A DNA stretch of 64,000 nucleotides from Eledone cirrhosa (GCA_964016885.1 OZ024741.1:267902001-267966000); one strand, 5' to 3'; positions 14,667-29,957 are shown, counted from the stretch's first letter. The notes: generated by a model from the sequence alone, not told the origin. Program-made: numbers and translations.

Positions 14667-14959
14667 AAAAACAAATAACGAAACGAAATTAAATTTCGTT
14701 TCGTTTGTAACTCACTTTTGTATGACTGACGCTTAAACAATTAAGTTAAAAATGTACATCCACATATGTATACTGAAATACTAGTATGCATATGAATACA
14801 CACACGTGTACATATGTAGATGTACCGAGTTTTTCACTGGACACTTTACTGTGAGTGTCCAGCTATTCTGTATGTAAACACACAGACAAACCGGTTTTTA
14901 GAGTCATACTGGTTTTCGAGGAAACACCTTTCCTCTATTCTCCAGAAAGCCAGACAAGG

Positions 14960-15004
14960 AATATTGGACTAGTTTCGATGTTGTTACATCTCATCAGCAA
15001 TATT
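14960..15004 (-). ncRNA. Type I hammerhead ribozyme (also at 15426, 15892, 16358, 16824)
   Basis: Minus strand reads AAUAUUG-CUGAUGA-GAUG-UAACAA-CAUC-GAAAC-UA-GUC/CAAUAUU. Perfect 7-bp stem I, 4-bp stem II, full core and a GUC cleavage triplet. Confidence 0.95.
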
Positions 15005-15063
15005 TACCTATCTTCCGGCCTTTCTAGAGAATCGTAAAAGCACATATCGTTATATGCTTTTTC

Positions 15064-15098
15064 TATGAAAATTAGTAGTGGGCAGACTAATTTGCATA
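15064..15098 (-). promoter_or_regulatory. Octamer-containing inverted repeat conserved between the 466- and 474-bp units
   Basis: tatgaaaatta-N13-taatttgcata with ATTTGCAT at 15090-15097. The counterpart in the 474-bp unit is at 56323-56358. Function is inferred only. Confidence 0.4.
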
Positions 15099-17295
15099 GA
15101 GCGTGAGTACGTACCGGTTCAGCGGAGACGATAAAAACAAATAACGAAACGAAATTAAATTTCGTTTCGTTTGTAACTCACTTTTGTATGACTGACGCTT
15201 AAACAATTAAGTTAAAAATGTACATCCACATATGTATACTGAAATACTAGTATGCATATGAATACACACACGTGTACATATGTAGATGTACCGAGTTTTT
15301 CACTGGACACTTTACTGTGAGTGTCCAGCTATTCTGTATGTAAACACACAGACAAACCGGTTTTTAGAGTCATACTGGTTTTCGAGGAAACACCTTTCCT
15401 CTATTCTCCAGAAAGCCAGACAAGGAATATTGGACTAGTTTCGATGTTGTTACATCTCATCAGCAATATTTACCTATCTTCCGGCCTTTCTAGAGAATCG
15501 TAAAAGCACATATCGTTATATGCTTTTTCTATGAAAATTAGTAGTGGGCAGACTAATTTGCATAGAGCGTGAGTACATACCGGTTCAGCGGAGACGATAA
15601 AAACAAATAACGAAACGAAATTAAATTTCGTTTCGTTTGTAACTCACTTTTGTATGACTGACGCTTAAACAATTAAGTTAAAAATGTACATCCACATATG
15701 TATACTGAAATACTAGTATGCATATGAATACACACACGTGTACATATGTAGATGTACCGAGTTTTTCACTGGACACTTTACTGTGAGTGTCCAGCTATTC
15801 TGTATGTAAACACACAGACAAACCGGTTTTTAGAGTCATACTGGTTTTCGAGGAAACACCTTTCCTCTATTCTCCAGAAAGCCAGACAAGGAATATTGGA
15901 CTAGTTTCGATGTTGTTACATCTCATCAGCAATATTTACCTATCTTCCGGCCTTTCTAGAGAATCGTAAAAGCACATATCGTTATATGCTTTTTCTATGA
16001 AAATTAGTAGTGGGCAGACTAATTTGCATAGAGCGTGAGTACGTACCGGTTCAGCGGAGACGATAAAAACAAATAACGAAACGAAATTAAATTTCGTTTC
16101 GTTTGTAACTCACTTTTGTATGACTGACGCTTAAACAATTAAGTTAAAAATGTACATCCACATATGTATACTGAAATACTAGTATGCATATGAATACACA
16201 CACGTGTACATATGTAGATGTACCGAGTTTTTCACTGGACACTTTACTGTGAGTGTCCAGCTATTCTGTATGTAAACACACAGACAAACCGGTTTTTAGA
16301 GTCATACTGGTTTTCGAGGAAACACCTTTCCTCTATTCTCCAGAAAGCCAGACAAGGAATATTGGACTAGTTTCGATGTTGTTACATCTCATCAGCAATA
16401 TTTACCTATCTTCCGGCCTTTCTAGAGAATCGTAAAAGCACATATCGTTATATGCTTTTTCTATGAAAATTAGTAGTGGGCAGACTAATTTGCATAGAGC
16501 GTGAGTACGTACCGGTTCAGCGGAGACGATAAAAACAAATAACGAAACGAAATTAAATTTCGTTTCGTTTGTAACTCACTTTTGTATGACTGACGCTTAA
16601 ACAATTAAGTTAAAAATGTACATCCACATATGTATACTGAAATACTAGTATGCATATGAATACACACACGTGTACATATGTAGATGTACCGAGTTTTTCA
16701 CTGGACACTTTACTGTGAGTGTCCAGCTATTCTGTATGTGAACACACAGACAAACCGGTTTTTAGAGTCATACTGGTTTTCGAGGAAACACCTTTCCTCT
16801 ATTCTCCAGAAAGCCAGACAAGGAATATTGGACTAGTTTCGATGTTGTTACATCTCATCAGCAATATTTACCTATCTTCCGGCCTTTCTAGAGAATCGTA
16901 AAAGCACATATCGTTATATGCTTTTTCTATGAAAATTAGTAGTGGGCAGACTAATTTGCATAGAGCGTGAGTACGTACCGGTTCAGCGGAGGCGATAAAA
17001 ACAAATAACGAAACGAAATTAAATTTCGTTTCGTTTGTAACTCACTTTTGTATGACTGACGCTTAAACAATTAAGTTAAAAATGTACATCCACATATGTA
17101 TACTGAAATACTAGTATGCATATGAATACACACACGTGTACATATGTAGATGTACCGAGTTTTTCACTGGACACTTTACTGTGAGTGTCCAGCTATTCTG
17201 TATGTAAACACACAGACAAACCGGTTTTTAGAGTCATACTGGTTTTAACTTAATTATATATATATGAATATATATATATATATATATATGAATAT

Positions 17296-17872
<577 letters not shown>

Positions 17873-17875
17873 AGA

Positions 17876-18031
<156 letters not shown>

Positions 18032-18338
18032 CAAATATATATATATATATACAAATATATATATATATATGAATATATATATATATATATATATACAAAT
18101 ATATATATATATATACAAATATATATATATATATACAAATATATATATATATATGAATATATATATATATATATATATACAAATATATATATATATATGA
18201 ATATATATATATATATATATATATGAATATATATATATATATCTACAAATATATATATATATATGAATATATATATATATATATATGAATATATATATAT
18301 ATATATATATATGAATATATATATATATATATATATGA

Positions 18339-18375
<37 letters not shown>

Positions 18376-18380
18376 TATGA

Positions 18381-18417
<37 letters not shown>

Positions 18418-18499
18418 TATGAATATATATATATATATATGAGTATATATATATATATATGAATATATATATATATATATGAATATAAATATATATATA

Positions 18500-18545
<46 letters not shown>

Positions 18546-18547
<2 letters not shown>

Positions 18548-18704
18548 TAAGTTAAAAGTGTACATCCACATATGTATACTGAAATACTAGTATGCATATA
18601 AATACACACACGTATACATATGTACATGTACCGAGTTTTTCACTGGACACTTTACTGTGAGTATCTAGCTAGTCTGTATGTAACCAAACAGACAAACCGG
18701 GTTT
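18546..18704 (-). mobile_element. Diverged partial monomer of the 466-bp family
   Basis: Matches 14740-14897 with several substitutions and does not include the ribozyme. Confidence 0.88.
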
Positions 18705-18933
18705 ATATTAATATATATATATTAATATATATATATATATATTAATATATATATATTCATATATATTAATATATATATTAATATATATATATATATATAT
18801 ATATTAATATATATATATTAATATATAAATATATATATATTAATATATATATATATTAATGTATATATATATATATATATTAATATATATATATATTAAT
18901 GTATATATATATATATATATTAATATATATATA

Positions 18934-18973
<40 letters not shown>

Positions 18974-19146
18974 TATATATATATATATATATATATTAAT
19001 ATATATATTAATATATATGAATATATATATATTAATATATATGAATATATATATATTAATATATATATATATATATGAATATATATATATTAATATATAT
19101 ATATATATATGAATATATATATATTAATATATATATATATATATTA

Positions 19147-20079
19147 CAGCCACAGGAAACAAGTACCACCAATCTCTGGGAGGGCCCTGTAGAAACAGTA
19201 GACAGCTTCTGCTACCTAGGTGACCGAATTAGCAACGGAGGTGGGTGCTCAGAAAGTACAATAACTAGGGTAAGAACGGGATGGAAGAAGTTTAGGGAAC
19301 TACTACCACTGCTAGCTGCAAAAGGCTTCTCCCTCAGAATGAAAGGCAGACTGTATGATGCGTGTAATGTTGCATGGTAGTGAGACCTGGGCGCTGAAGG
19401 TGGAAGACTTACGTAGATTAGAGAGAAACGAAGCCTGCATGCTCCGATGGATGTGTAACAGTAATATACGTGAACGACAAAGCATAAAGGAATTGAGAGA
19501 GAGACTGGCATAAGAGGAATCAAAATGCTGCGTGCAGAGAGGCGGTTCGCTGGTATGGACATGTGATGCGTATGAAGGATGACAGCTGCATAAAAAGGTG
19601 CAGAGCACTAGAAGTTGATGGAAACCGCGGAGTGGGGAGACCCAAGATGACTTGGATGAGGTGATAAAAGCCGACCTTACCCAACTACACCTCTCAAAGT
19701 CAATGACACACGACCGTGACTTCTGGCGTCACGCAGTAATACAAGGTACCCGACCTCCCATGGGTACATGCTGAAGCATATAAACAATATGCCCCCCCCC
19801 TCCACCGCAAGGTGGCCGTGGAGGTGCCACGGCAAAAAAGCACCCAGCCCACACTGTAAAGTGGACGTGTAGGCGCCACGAAAAAGCACCCAGCACTCAC
19901 TGTAAATGAGGTTGGTGTTAGGAAGGGCATCCAGCTGTAGAAATCAAGCCAGATCAGTTCCTGTATGAGCAAGGCATGGTCAGCCGACCAGACACTGCCC
20001 ACAACAGGACAACCCGTCTAACCCATGCTAGCGTGGAAGAACGGACGTAAAACGGTGATGATGATGATGATGATGATGA
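19147..20079 (+). mobile_element. RTE LINE family B, 5'-truncated, with small deletions
   Basis: Near-identical to the reverse complement of 46075-47022 (QPQETSTTNLWEGPVETVDSFCYLG). Ends in a (GAT)n tail. Confidence 0.95.
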
Positions 20080-20160
20080 TATTAATATATATATATATAT
20101 ATATATATATTAATATATGTATATTAATATATATATATATATATATATAATTAATATATA

Positions 20161-20195
<35 letters not shown>

Positions 20196-20491
20196 TATAT
20201 ATATATATTAATATATATGAATATATATATATATATATTATATATATATATATATTAATATATATGAATATATTATATATGAATATATATATATTAATAT
20301 ATATATATATATATTAATATATATATATTAATATATATATATATATATAATATATAATATATATATTAATATATATATATATATATATTAATATATATGA
20401 ATATAATATATGAATATATATATATGAATATATATATATAATATAATATATATATATATATATGAATATATATATATTGAATATATATATA

Positions 20492-20529
<38 letters not shown>

Positions 20530-20582
20530 TATATATATATTAATATATATATATATATATATATGAATATATATATATGAAT

Positions 20583-20626
<44 letters not shown>

Positions 20627-20683
20627 GAATATATATATATAATATATATATATAATATATATATATATATGAATATAAATATA

Positions 20684-20727
<44 letters not shown>

Positions 20728-20922
20728 TATATATATATTAATATATATATATTAATATATATATATTAATATATATTAATATATATATATATATATATGT
20801 ATTAATATATATATATTAATATATATATATTAATATATATTAATATATATATATATATATATTAATATATATATATTAATATATATATTAATATATATTA
20901 ATATATATATATATATGTATTA

Positions 20923-20958
<36 letters not shown>

Positions 20959-21189
20959 TAATATATTAATATATATATATATTAATATATATTAATATAT
21001 ATATATATATTAATATATATATATATATATATTAATATATTAATATATATATATATTAATATATATTAATATATATATATGTATTAATATATATATATAT
21101 ATTAATATATATATATTAATATATTAATATATATATATATTAATATATATATATATTAATATATATATATATATATTAATATATATATA

Positions 21190-21241
<52 letters not shown>

Positions 21242-21587
21242 ATTAATATATATATATATTAATATATATATTTATATATATATATATTAATATATATATA
21301 TATTAATATATATATATATTAATATATATATATATTAATATATATATATATATATATATTAATATATATATATATATATATATATATTAATATATATATA
21401 TATTAATATATATATATATATATATATTAATATATATATAAATTAATATATATATTAATATATATATATTAATATATATATATATTAATATATATATTTA
21501 TTAATATATATATATTAATATATATATATATTAATATATATATATATTAACATATATATTTATATTTATATATATATATATTTATAT

Positions 21588-21768
21588 ATAACGAAGGAAA
21601 TGTGGTAAGGAACCAGGTGGACCATAACGCACCAAAGTACTCAATACTTGAGGTAGTAGAGTGGGTAATAGGAACCAGTAAGACCCCGACAGCTGAGCTT
21701 AATTCTAAGTCCAGAATTAGCCGTCGAAACGGCTTGAGCTCAGCTGTCGGGGTCTTACTGGTTCCTAT
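21588..21768. mobile_element. Small fold-back family copy
   Basis: ataggaaccagtaagaccccgacagctgagct...agctcagctgtcggggtcttactggttcctat forms inverted arms, with an ~80-bp unpaired left extension. Confidence 0.8.
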
Positions 21769-21771
21769 ATT

Positions 21772-21808
<37 letters not shown>

Positions 21809-21941
21809 ATTTATATATATAAATATTTATATATATATATATTTATATATATATATATTTATATATATATATATTTATATATATATATATTTATATATAT
21901 ATATATTTATATATATATATTTATATATATTTATATATATT

Positions 21942-21974
<33 letters not shown>

Positions 21975-22096
21975 ATTTATATATATTTATATATATTTAT
22001 ATATATTTATATATATATTTATATATATATATATTTATATATATTAATATATATTTATATATATATTTATATATATATATATATATTTATATATAT

Positions 22097-22134
<38 letters not shown>

Positions 22135-22415
22135 ATTTATATATATTAATATATATTTATATATATATTTATATATATATATATTTATATATATTAATAT
22201 ATATATATATTAATATATATTTATATATATATTTATATATATATATTAATATATATTTATATATATATTTATATATATATATTAATATATATTTATATAT
22301 ATATTTATATATATATATATTTATATATATATATATTTATATATATTAATATAAATATATATTAATATATATTTATATATATATATATATTTATATATAT
22401 TAATATATATATATA

Positions 22416-22449
<34 letters not shown>

Positions 22450-22609
22450 TATATATATATATATATATATTAATATATATATATATGAATATAGACATAG
22501 AATATTCGAAAATATTCTGTATGTTTATAATAAACATTTTGAAGACCTAATCGCTATAGAATAGAATACGTCACGTATTACAATTAGATTCTCGATAAAA
22601 GCAAGGGAA

Positions 22610-22652
22610 GTAATCTACGCGTTTCATTCTTGTTAGAATTCATCAGGACTAC
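22610..22652 (-). ncRNA. Type I hammerhead ribozyme (7 minus-strand copies every 310 bp, to 24470)
   Basis: GUAGUC-CUGAUGA-AUUC-UAACAA-GAAU-GAAAC-GC-GUA/GAUUAC. Stem I is extended by the 16-bp attctcgataaaagca / tgcttttatcgagaat pairing. Confidence 0.93.
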
Positions 22653-24731
22653 ATATCCAGTGCTTTTATCGAGAATGACACAGCTAGAGACTTATAGAAT
22701 ACTTAGCTGTGTACAGGAACTGGTTTGAAAGAGCGGTTGCCGGTCCGGCAGAAATTAGAAATTGGAATAAATGCTCTGAAATAGCGATATATATATGAAT
22801 ATAGACATAGAATATTCGAAAATATTCTGTATGTTTATAATAAACATTTTGAAGACCTAATCGCTATAGAATAGAATACGTCACGTATTACAATTAGATT
22901 CTCGATAAAAGCAAGGGAAGTAATCTACGCGTTTCATTCTTGTTAGAATTCATCAGGACTACATATCCAGTGCTTTTATCGAGAATGACACAGCTAGAGA
23001 CTTATAGAATACTTAGCTGTGTACAGGAACTGGTTTGAAAGAGCGGTTGCCGGTCCGGCAGAAATTAGAAATTGGAATAAATGCTCTGAAATAGCGATAT
23101 ATATATGAATATAGACATAGAATATTCGAAAATATTCTGTATGTTTATAATAAACATTTTGAAGACCTAATCGCTATAGAATAGAATACGTCACGTATTA
23201 CAATTAGATTCTCGATAAAAGCAAGGGAAGTAATCTACGCGTTTCATTCTTGTTAGAATTCATCAGGACTACATATCCAGTGCTTTTATCGAGAATGACA
23301 CAGCTAGAGACTTATAGAATACTTAGCTGTGTACAGGAACTGGTTTGAAAGAGCGGTTGCCGGTCCGGCAGAAATTAGAAATTGGAATAAATGCTCTGAA
23401 ATAGCGATATATATATGAATATAGACATAGAATATTCGAAAATATTCTGTATGTTTATAATAAACATTTTGAAGACCTAATCGCTATAGAATAGAATACG
23501 TCACGTATTACAATTAGATTCTCGATAAAAGCAAGGGAAGTAATCTACGCGTTTCATTCTTGTTAGAATTCATCAGGACTACATATCCAGTGCTTTTATC
23601 GAGAATGACACAGCTAGAGACTTATAGAATACTTAGCTGTGTACAGGAACTGGTTTGAAAGAGCGGTTGCCGGTCCGGCAGAAATTAGAAATTGGAATAA
23701 ATGCTCTGAAATAGCGATATATATATGAATATAGACATAGAATATTCGAAAATATTCTGTATGTTTATAATAAACATTTTGAAGACCTAATCGCTATAGA
23801 ATAGAATACGTCACGTATTACAATTAGATTCTCGATAAAAGCAAGGGAAGTAATCTACGCGTTTCATTCTTGTTAGAATTCATCAGGACTACATATCCAG
23901 TGCTTTTATCGAGAATGACACAGCTAGAGACTTATAGAATACTTAGCTGTGTACAGGAACTGGTTTGAAAGAGCGGTTGCCGGTCCGGCAGAAATTAGAA
24001 ATTGGAATAAATGCTCTGAAATAGCGATATATATATGAATATAGACATAGAATATTCGAAAATATTCTGTATGTTTATAATAAACATTTTGAAGACCTAA
24101 TCGCTATAGAATAGAATACGTCACGTATTACAATTAGATTCTCGATAAAAGCAAGGGAAGTAATCTACGCGTTTCATTCTTGTTAGAATTCATCAGGACT
24201 ACATATCCAGTGCTTTTATCGAGAATGACACAGCTAGAGACTTATAGAATACTTAGCTGTGTACAGGAACTGGTTTGAAAGAGCGGTTGCCGGTCCGGCA
24301 GAAATTAGAAATTGGAATAAATGCTCTGAAATAGCGATATATATATGAATATAGACATAGAATATTCGAAAATATTCTGTATGTTTATAATAAACATTTT
24401 GAAGACCTAATCGCTATAGAATAGAATACGTCACGTATTACAATTAGATTCTCGATAAAAGCAAGGGAAGTAATCTACGCGTTTCATTCTTGTTAGAATT
24501 CATCAGGACTACATATCCAGTGCTTTTATCGAGAATGACACAGCTAGAGACTTATAGAATACTTAGCTGTGTACAGGAACTGGTTTGAAAGAGCGGTTGC
24601 CGGTCCGGCAGAAATTAGAAATTGGAATAAATGCTCTGAAATAGCGATATATATATGAATATAGACATAGAATATTCGAAAATATTCTGTATGTCTCTAG
24701 CTGTGTCATTCTCGATAAAAGCACTGGATAT

Positions 24732-24774
24732 GTAGTCCTGATGAATTCTAACAAGAATGAAACGCGTAGATTAC
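24732..24774 (+). ncRNA. Type I hammerhead ribozyme (also at 25042 and 25352)
   Basis: gtagtcctgatgaattctaacaagaatgaaacgcgtagattac is read directly on the plus strand. Confidence 0.93.
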
Positions 24775-25625
24775 TTCCCTTGCTTTTATCGAGAATCTAA
24801 TTGTAATACGTGACGTATTCTATTCTATAGCGATTAGGTCTTCAAAATGTTTATTATAAACATACAGAATATTTTCGAATATTCTATGTCTATATTCATA
24901 TATATATCGCTATTTCAGAGCATTTATTCCAATTTCTAATTTCTGCCGGACCGGCAACCGCTCTTTCAAACCAGTTCCTGTACACAGCTAAGTATTCTAT
25001 AAGTCTCTAGCTGTGTCATTCTCGATAAAAGCACTGGATATGTAGTCCTGATGAATTCTAACAAGAATGAAACGCGTAGATTACTTCCCTTGCTTTTATC
25101 GAGAATCTAATTGTAATACGTGACGTATTCTATTCTATAGCGATTAGGTCTTCAAAATGTTTATTATAAACATACAGAATATTTTCGAATATTCTATGTC
25201 TATATTCATATATATATCGCTATTTCAGAGCATTTATTCCAATTTCTAATTTCTGCCGGACCGGCAACCGCTCTTTCAAACCAGTTCCTGTACACAGCTA
25301 AGTATTCTATAAGTCTCTAGCTGTGTCATTCTCGATAAAAGCACTGGATATGTAGTCCTGATGAATTCTAACAAGAATGAAACGCGTAGATTACTTCCCT
25401 TGCTTTTATCGAGAATCTAATTGTAATACGTGACGTATTCTATTCTATAGCGATTAGGTCTTCAAAATGTTTATTATAAACATACAGAATATTTTCGAAT
25501 ATTCTATGTCTATATTCATATATATATCGCTATTTCAGAGCATTTATTCCAATTTCTAATATATATATATATATATTTATATATATTAATATATATATAT
25601 ATTAATATATATATATATATATATA

Positions 25626-25698
<73 letters not shown>

Positions 25699-25802
25699 TA
25701 TATATATATATATATTAATATATATATATATATATTAATATATATAAATATATATTAATATATATATATATATTGTTATACTTTGGGAGGGTCATGTTGC
25801 CA

Positions 25803-25845
<43 letters not shown>

Positions 25846-25932
25846 TATATATATATATATTAATATATATAAATATATATTAATATATATATATATATTG
25901 TTATACTTTGGGAGGGTCATGTTGCCAATATG

Positions 25933-25979
<47 letters not shown>

Positions 25980-25988
25980 GCCAATATG

Positions 25989-26020
<32 letters not shown>

Positions 26021-26068
26021 CATATACGATTTCAGATAAAGTATCTTGCTAAACAAATTCAGAAACGA

Positions 26069-26100
<32 letters not shown>

Positions 26101-26689
26101 TATATATATAAATATATATATAAATATATATATTAATATATATATATATATTAATATATATATATATTAATATATATATATTAATATATATATATATTAA
26201 TATATATATATATTAATATATATATATATATATATATTAACATATATATATATATTAATATATATATATATATTAATATATATATATATATTAATATCCA
26301 CCTCTTTTATACCATAAACGTGGTATTGTCTTTGCGCGTAATTGTTTTTCACCGCTCCTATTAATGACGTATCTTATTCGTTTTTTCCCGTTCTTTGCCA
26401 GCGAACGTTTCCACGAACCAAAGTATCGTCTTCCTGTCTTCCTTTTTTGAAATATACACTTCTGCATTTAGAGATTGACTTTGTTAGTTTCAGAAGATCC
26501 CGTTAAGGGTGAAAGCAGCGATTCTTTGCTTAAACTTTAATCTGTTATTTTAAGTATATTTGCTCTACGGTTCTTATATATTTGCTATATATTTATCCTT
26601 ATCGAGCCCTCTTTGGATTTTAGTCTTGAAATTTATTATTATTACTATTTGGCTCCCTCGGTTGAGCACACTACTGACTTATATTCATC

Positions 26690-28776
26690 ATGCAGAAACA
26701 ACATCTGTATATTTCTACAAAGAACATACCTGTACCAAGCAGGAAAACATACCTAAAACTCCTGATACAGAAAACAGACGCGTTCATTAAAAGGTTGCGT
26801 TGGCGTGCCTTTTATTTCGATAACCCGCGAAAAGCAGACAACAAACATGATAAATTTGGATTTAAAACCTATAATAACCCCCCCGTGTAACTCAGCATTG
26901 CTACCCTTCGGAGTATCAAATTTCGGAATAGGAGCAATTCCTTCCAGCAAGACCTGAAGAATAGAATTCGTTCTATTAAGGATTCTAATGCCGTGCACGT
27001 CCATTCCGACAAAACTGGCAACCTATATCAAGTGGAGCGCAGTACTTACCATCAACTACTACATAATGCTGTAACTAAGGATTACCGTAAAACTAATCGG
27101 TGCGTCATCAATGAAATCAACGATGCTGGGTTTAAAATCACATCTGATCCGAACCTCTGGACCCTATTTCTCCCCACTTTACCCTGAAGGATCAAAAATC
27201 CAATTTTCCGAACAACCCCTCTATTCGGCTTATTAACCCTACGAAGTCCGATTTAGGTAGACTTAGTAAAACGATTCTTGATAGAATTATACCTGTAATT
27301 AGAAGTTTGGCCCCTCTTGCACTGTGGAACAATTCTTTCGCGGTGATTGATTGGTTCAATGGCATATGCAACAAGGAACATTGCCGTTTCATACAATTCG
27401 ACATCAACAATTACTACTCCTCCATCACTTTACCACTTCTCCTTAGAGCTATCAATTTCACTAAAACACTCACAGTGGTTAAGGATTTTTAAGTTGATGT
27501 CATCGTCAATGCCCGAAAGTCAGTGATTAATTTCGACGACTCTATTTGGATTAAAAAATCCAATAGTACCCCATACGACGTTAGTATGGGCGCCAGTGAT
27601 TCTGCGGAGGTTACTAATCTTATCGGCCTTTTTCCTTCTTTTCTCTATCAAGGACGAATTCCCCAACGCGGGCGGTGGTTTGTACCGTGACGATGGTCTT
27701 TTGACCATGACTAAGTGCGGACCTCGTGCTTGCGACAGGTTCAGAAAAGAACTCACAGCCTTCTTTAAAGGCTTCAACCTCTCTATACAGGTTGAGGCCA
27801 ATCTCTCGGTCGTTAATTACCTCGACGATACCCTCAATTTATTGAATGGGTTGTATTACCCGTATAGAAAGCCAAATGATACGCTTAATTACATAAGTAA
27901 GCATTCCAACCATCCTGCCAGCATAACCAAGAACCTGGTAAGAAATGTTTCGTTGAGGCTTTCCCGTCTTTCCACCAACGAGCGTATTTTCAACGACCAT
28001 TCCACTTATTACAATGAAGCTCTTGCTCGAAGTGGTTTTGTCGATAGGTAGCATATACAGAGTACGAAAATAGACCTAGAAGAAATAGATCCCATCGCAT
28101 TTGTTGGTATAACCCACCATATAATATGGAGGTGGCCACACCATTAGCTAAGATCTTTCTTTCCCTTATTACGAAGCATTTTCCCCCTACACATAAATAT
28201 AGTAAAATTTTGAATAGAAATACTATTAAAATTTCTTACTCTACGACTCCTAACCTTGCACATAACATCACAGCTTCAAATTTAGGTAAACTACCTAGCC
28301 GTAGGAACACGTGCAACCCTGTAGTTAGTAGTAACTGTAATTGTAGGAATCGGGTTGATTGCCCCCTATCCGGGAAATGCCTCTCTAGTAACATTGTCTA
28401 CAAATGTAAGGTTGTAACACCCACGTCCTGTTGGGCCTACATAGGGTTAACCGCCAATAGATTAAAGCAGCATCTTTACACGCATACCCATTCTTTTCGT
28501 TACCCTCTAAGAAGGAATATGACGTCACTTTCAGCTTATATCTGGAGTCTAAAAGACAACCACACCCAATATAAGTTACACTGGGAGATCCTAGCTAGGG
28601 CTAGATCGTATAACGGAAATAAAAGACCATGTGACCTCTGCGCCGCTGAGGCCCTGGAAATACTCTACGCCACAGACCACATCTTAAACAGAAAATCTGA
28701 GGCAATTTCGGCTTGTAAACATAAATTGCACAAAACTTTCCTGTATTACAACCCCACGTTATACCCTAACGGATAG
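26690..28776 (+). pseudogene. PLE RT + GIY-YIG polyprotein with several stops and frameshifts
   Basis: Colinear ORF pieces at 26690, 26993, 27307, 27596 and 28126. Confidence 0.88.
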
Positions 28777-29911
28777 TACGATCTATACGTGGATATTTTA
28801 CGTCTTAATGTGGGAGCTAAGTATATGTTTTGTTTATACCATTACTTATTTGCATAGGTAAGTATATATTACCCGTATGTTTCGTGAAGGTAGGTATACC
28901 TTCTCGTACGTATATTTGATTGTTTATGTTATGGCGTATAATTTTTTTATTTTTTTTATTCTGGTACATATGGTTTGGCTATGTGTATACGGGAGTTTTG
29001 CGTCTGTGTGAGTATGCAGGTTTGTACGTATGTAGGGTGTGTGTATATGTGTACTTCATGTTTTGGTTGACTTACGTCTCCGAACATTCGTGTATTTACA
29101 TGTAGGTATGTGTGTGCGCTTGTTATATACGTATTTATTTATTTATATACGTTTATATAATTATTTATTTATTTGTATACACGCATACACACACACACAT
29201 ATTTATATGTGCGTGGTTTTGTATACCTATGGTAAGGGTTTTGCGTATGCTTGTGTATGTATGTATTTGTTTGCGTGTATGTATTTATTTATTTCTATTA
29301 CTTCTGTATTGTATTTATTTACTTTGTTCTTAACTCTGTAGCGGAGATTCATTCGGTCTCCTAGTTAGGACTTTAGTCTACGACTTCTGCTATACCATTT
29401 ACGTGGTTTTGTCTTTGTGTGCTATTGTTCTCCACGCTCCACATATGACTTATTATCTTCATTTTTTTCGTTCATTGCCAGAGAACGTCTCTATGAACCA
29501 CCTAAGAGAACATTGGTCTACAACCTCTTTTATACCATAAACGTGGTTCTGTCTTTGCGCGTAACTGTTTTTCACTGCTCCTATTAATGACGTATCTTAT
29601 TCGTTTTTTACCGTTCTTTGCCAGCGAACGTTTCCACGAACCAAAGTATCGTCTTCCTGTCGTCCTCCGGTTGCAACGTTTTTTTAAATACCCACTTCTG
29701 CGTTTACAGATTGACTTTGTTAGTTTCAGAAGATCCCGTTAAGGGTAAAAGCAGCGATTCTTTGCTTAAACTTTGCTTAAACTTTATTTTTATTTTACTC
29801 CTCTTATTTTGCTCCTTTTACTTTACTCTTTAAACTCCTCCCAACTTATCCCCACATATATTCTTCTGTTTTGGCTTTGTCAATGCTTGTATACTTTGTA
29901 TTTACTCTTTA

Positions 29912-29957
29912 TGCTCTGAAGAGTCCCACTTCTAGTGTGGACGAAACACTGTTAGCA
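29912..29957 (+). ncRNA. Minimal type I hammerhead ribozyme of the PLE 3' end
   Basis: UGCU-CUGAAGA-GUCC(cacuucuagugu)GGAC-GAAACA-C-UGUU/AGCA, followed by ATTAAA. Confidence 0.85.

Larger units (their letters stand above)
14664..17255 (-). mobile_element. Tandem array of a 466-bp hammerhead-containing unit (putative non-LTR retrozyme family 1), ~5.5 copies plus a 13-bp terminal inversion
   Basis: Period 466 (identical ORF calls at 14855, 15321, 15787...) with very few variants. One type I hammerhead per unit on the minus strand. Confidence 0.9.
22477..25560. mobile_element. Fold-back tandem array of a 310-bp hammerhead-containing unit (putative retrozyme family 2)
   Basis: Period 310 (atagaatacg at 22561, 22871, 23181...24421). 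About 7.1 copies have the ribozyme on the minus strand, the orientation switches at ~24692, and ~2.8 copies have it on the plus strand. Confidence 0.9.
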
